DNA from: an uncultured delta proteobacterium
Lineage (GTDB): Bacteria > Myxococcota_A > UBA9160 > SMWR01
Length of the DNA: 64,000 nucleotides
Direction: 5' to 3'
Assembly: GCA_963832165.1 (NCBI GenBank)
Contig: CAWHTE010000007.1
Location: forward strand, 448,001 to 512,000
Part shown: positions 63,067 to 64,000 of the stretch, one piece after another
Numbering within the stretch: the stretch's first letter is position 1
Layout: every line of letters begins with the position of its first letter
The notes under the pieces: generated by a model
Database searches by the model: none
The model's input: only the letters and a program-made list of their open reading frames with translations
Told to the model about the DNA's origin: nothing
Program-made: the position numbers and the translations under genes

Positions 63067-64000
63067 CACGAGTCCTCGCTGCTTTGGAGCCGGGGGAGTA
63101 TGGAGTCTTCGCCTTGCGCGTCAACCGGCGCGTCGACCGCGGCCGCGGCGATCTCGAAAGGCGGCGCGGGCACGTCGCCGGGCTCCTCGATCGAGCGCTC
63201 GACCGCGAGGGCCTCGTTGGCGGCCTCGCCCGGAGCCGGCTCCTCGGCCGCGCGCAGGGACTCCACCTCGGCGGCGGCCCGCTCCTGTGAGGCGGCGCGG
63301 CGCGCCGCCTCGGCCGCCGCGCGTTGCTCGCGGCTCTCGAGCCAGGGGACCGGGATCGTCACGGCGGGCCCGTGGTCGATCGCCTCCACCTCGAACTGCT
63401 CCTGGTGCAGACCCGGGCGCGTGCGCACCTCGATCTCGCGGCCGAGCTGCTCGGAGAGCGCGGCCAGCGCGCGTCGCGCGGGGCCGAGCAGCATCTCGCC
63501 CACGCGCGGGCTCACCGATACCGCGATCTGGCGCCCGCCGAAGCGCGGAAGATCCTTGCGGATCTCGCGCAGGAGCTTGTAGGCGACCGTCTCCGCGGAG
63601 AGCACGTAGCCGCGCCCCTCGCAGAAGCTGCACGGCTCGCAGAGCTGTTGGACGAGATTCTCGCGCGTGCGCTTGCGCGTCATCTCCACCAGGCCGAGCT
63701 CGGAGATCTTCAGGATGTTGGTGCGCGCCTTGTCGCCGCGCAGCGCTTCCTGGAGTGCGCGGTAGACCTTGTCGCGGTTCTCGGCGCTCTCCATGTCGAT
63801 CAGGTCGATGATGATCAGGCCACCGAGATTGCGGAAGCGGAGCTGGTGCACCACTTCCTGCACGGCCTCGAGATTGGTCTTGAGGACCGTCTCCTCGAGA
63901 TCGCGCTTTCCGACGTAGCGCCCCGTGTTCACGTCGATCGCCGTGAGCGCCTCGCTCTGGTCGACGATCAGATAGCCGCCCGACTTGAGCCAGACCTTCT
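63066..64000 (-). CDS. rng: Ribonuclease G/E family protein, C-terminal part (5' end outside the window)
   Basis: KVWLKSGGYLIVDQSEALTAIDVNTG, TNLEA, GGLIIIDLIDM, GLVEMTRKR and CSFCEG motifs. Confidence 0.93.
   Translation of the reverse strand, partial: KVWLKSGGYLIVDQSEALTAIDVNTGRYVGKRDLEETVLKTNLEAVQEVVHQLRFRNLGGLIIIDLIDMESAENRDKVYRALQEALRGDKARTNILKISELGLVEMTRKRTRENLVQQLCEPCSFCEGRGYVLSAETVAYKLLREIRKDLPRFGGRQIAVSVSPRVGEMLLGPARRALAALSEQLGREIEVRTRPGLHQEQFEVEAIDHGPAVTIPVPWLESREQRAAAEAARRAASQERAAAEVESLRAAEEPAPGEAANEALAVERSIEEPGDVPAPPFEIAAAAVDAPVDAQGEDSILPRLQSSEDS

Overview
64 kb of very GC-rich bacterial chromosome. Gene style and synteny suggest Myxococcota or a related 'deltaproteobacterium' (inference only). 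Left part (1-16 kb): nitrogen assimilation, with partial nirB, an AlgE-like porin, nasS/nasT, a nitrate ABC transporter, glnB-glnA, a second PII and a second porin. These carry readable sigma54 promoters, paired NtrC-like boxes and three ANTAR antiterminator leaders. Middle: argH-lipoprotein-dapFAB, mrcB-TPR lipoprotein-lspA, IclR-malic enzyme-biotin carboxylase, dps, nudC, tatBC and an HD-GYP regulator. Next come an ECF sigma coupled to a kinase/pseudo-cyclase/STAND/TPR protein, two degenerate kinase-like proteins and a double-domain ThyX. Right: M23 peptidase, a gshA-grxC-trxB redox cluster interleaved with incomplete two-component proteins, comF, and the rng-rplU-rpmA-obgE-proB-proA-nadD-rsfS operon. 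The most unusual signals are (i) a ~40-bp dispersed repeat built from GNA-triloop mini-hairpins (5 copies, all co-oriented with neighbouring transcription, one translated inside obgE), (ii) the ECF/STAND-kinase module, and (iii) several catalytically incomplete signalling proteins. Two single-base insertions (nasS, nrtB) may be assembly errors. I found no rRNA, tRNA, CRISPR or transposase. All calls come from reading motifs by eye; no searches were run.
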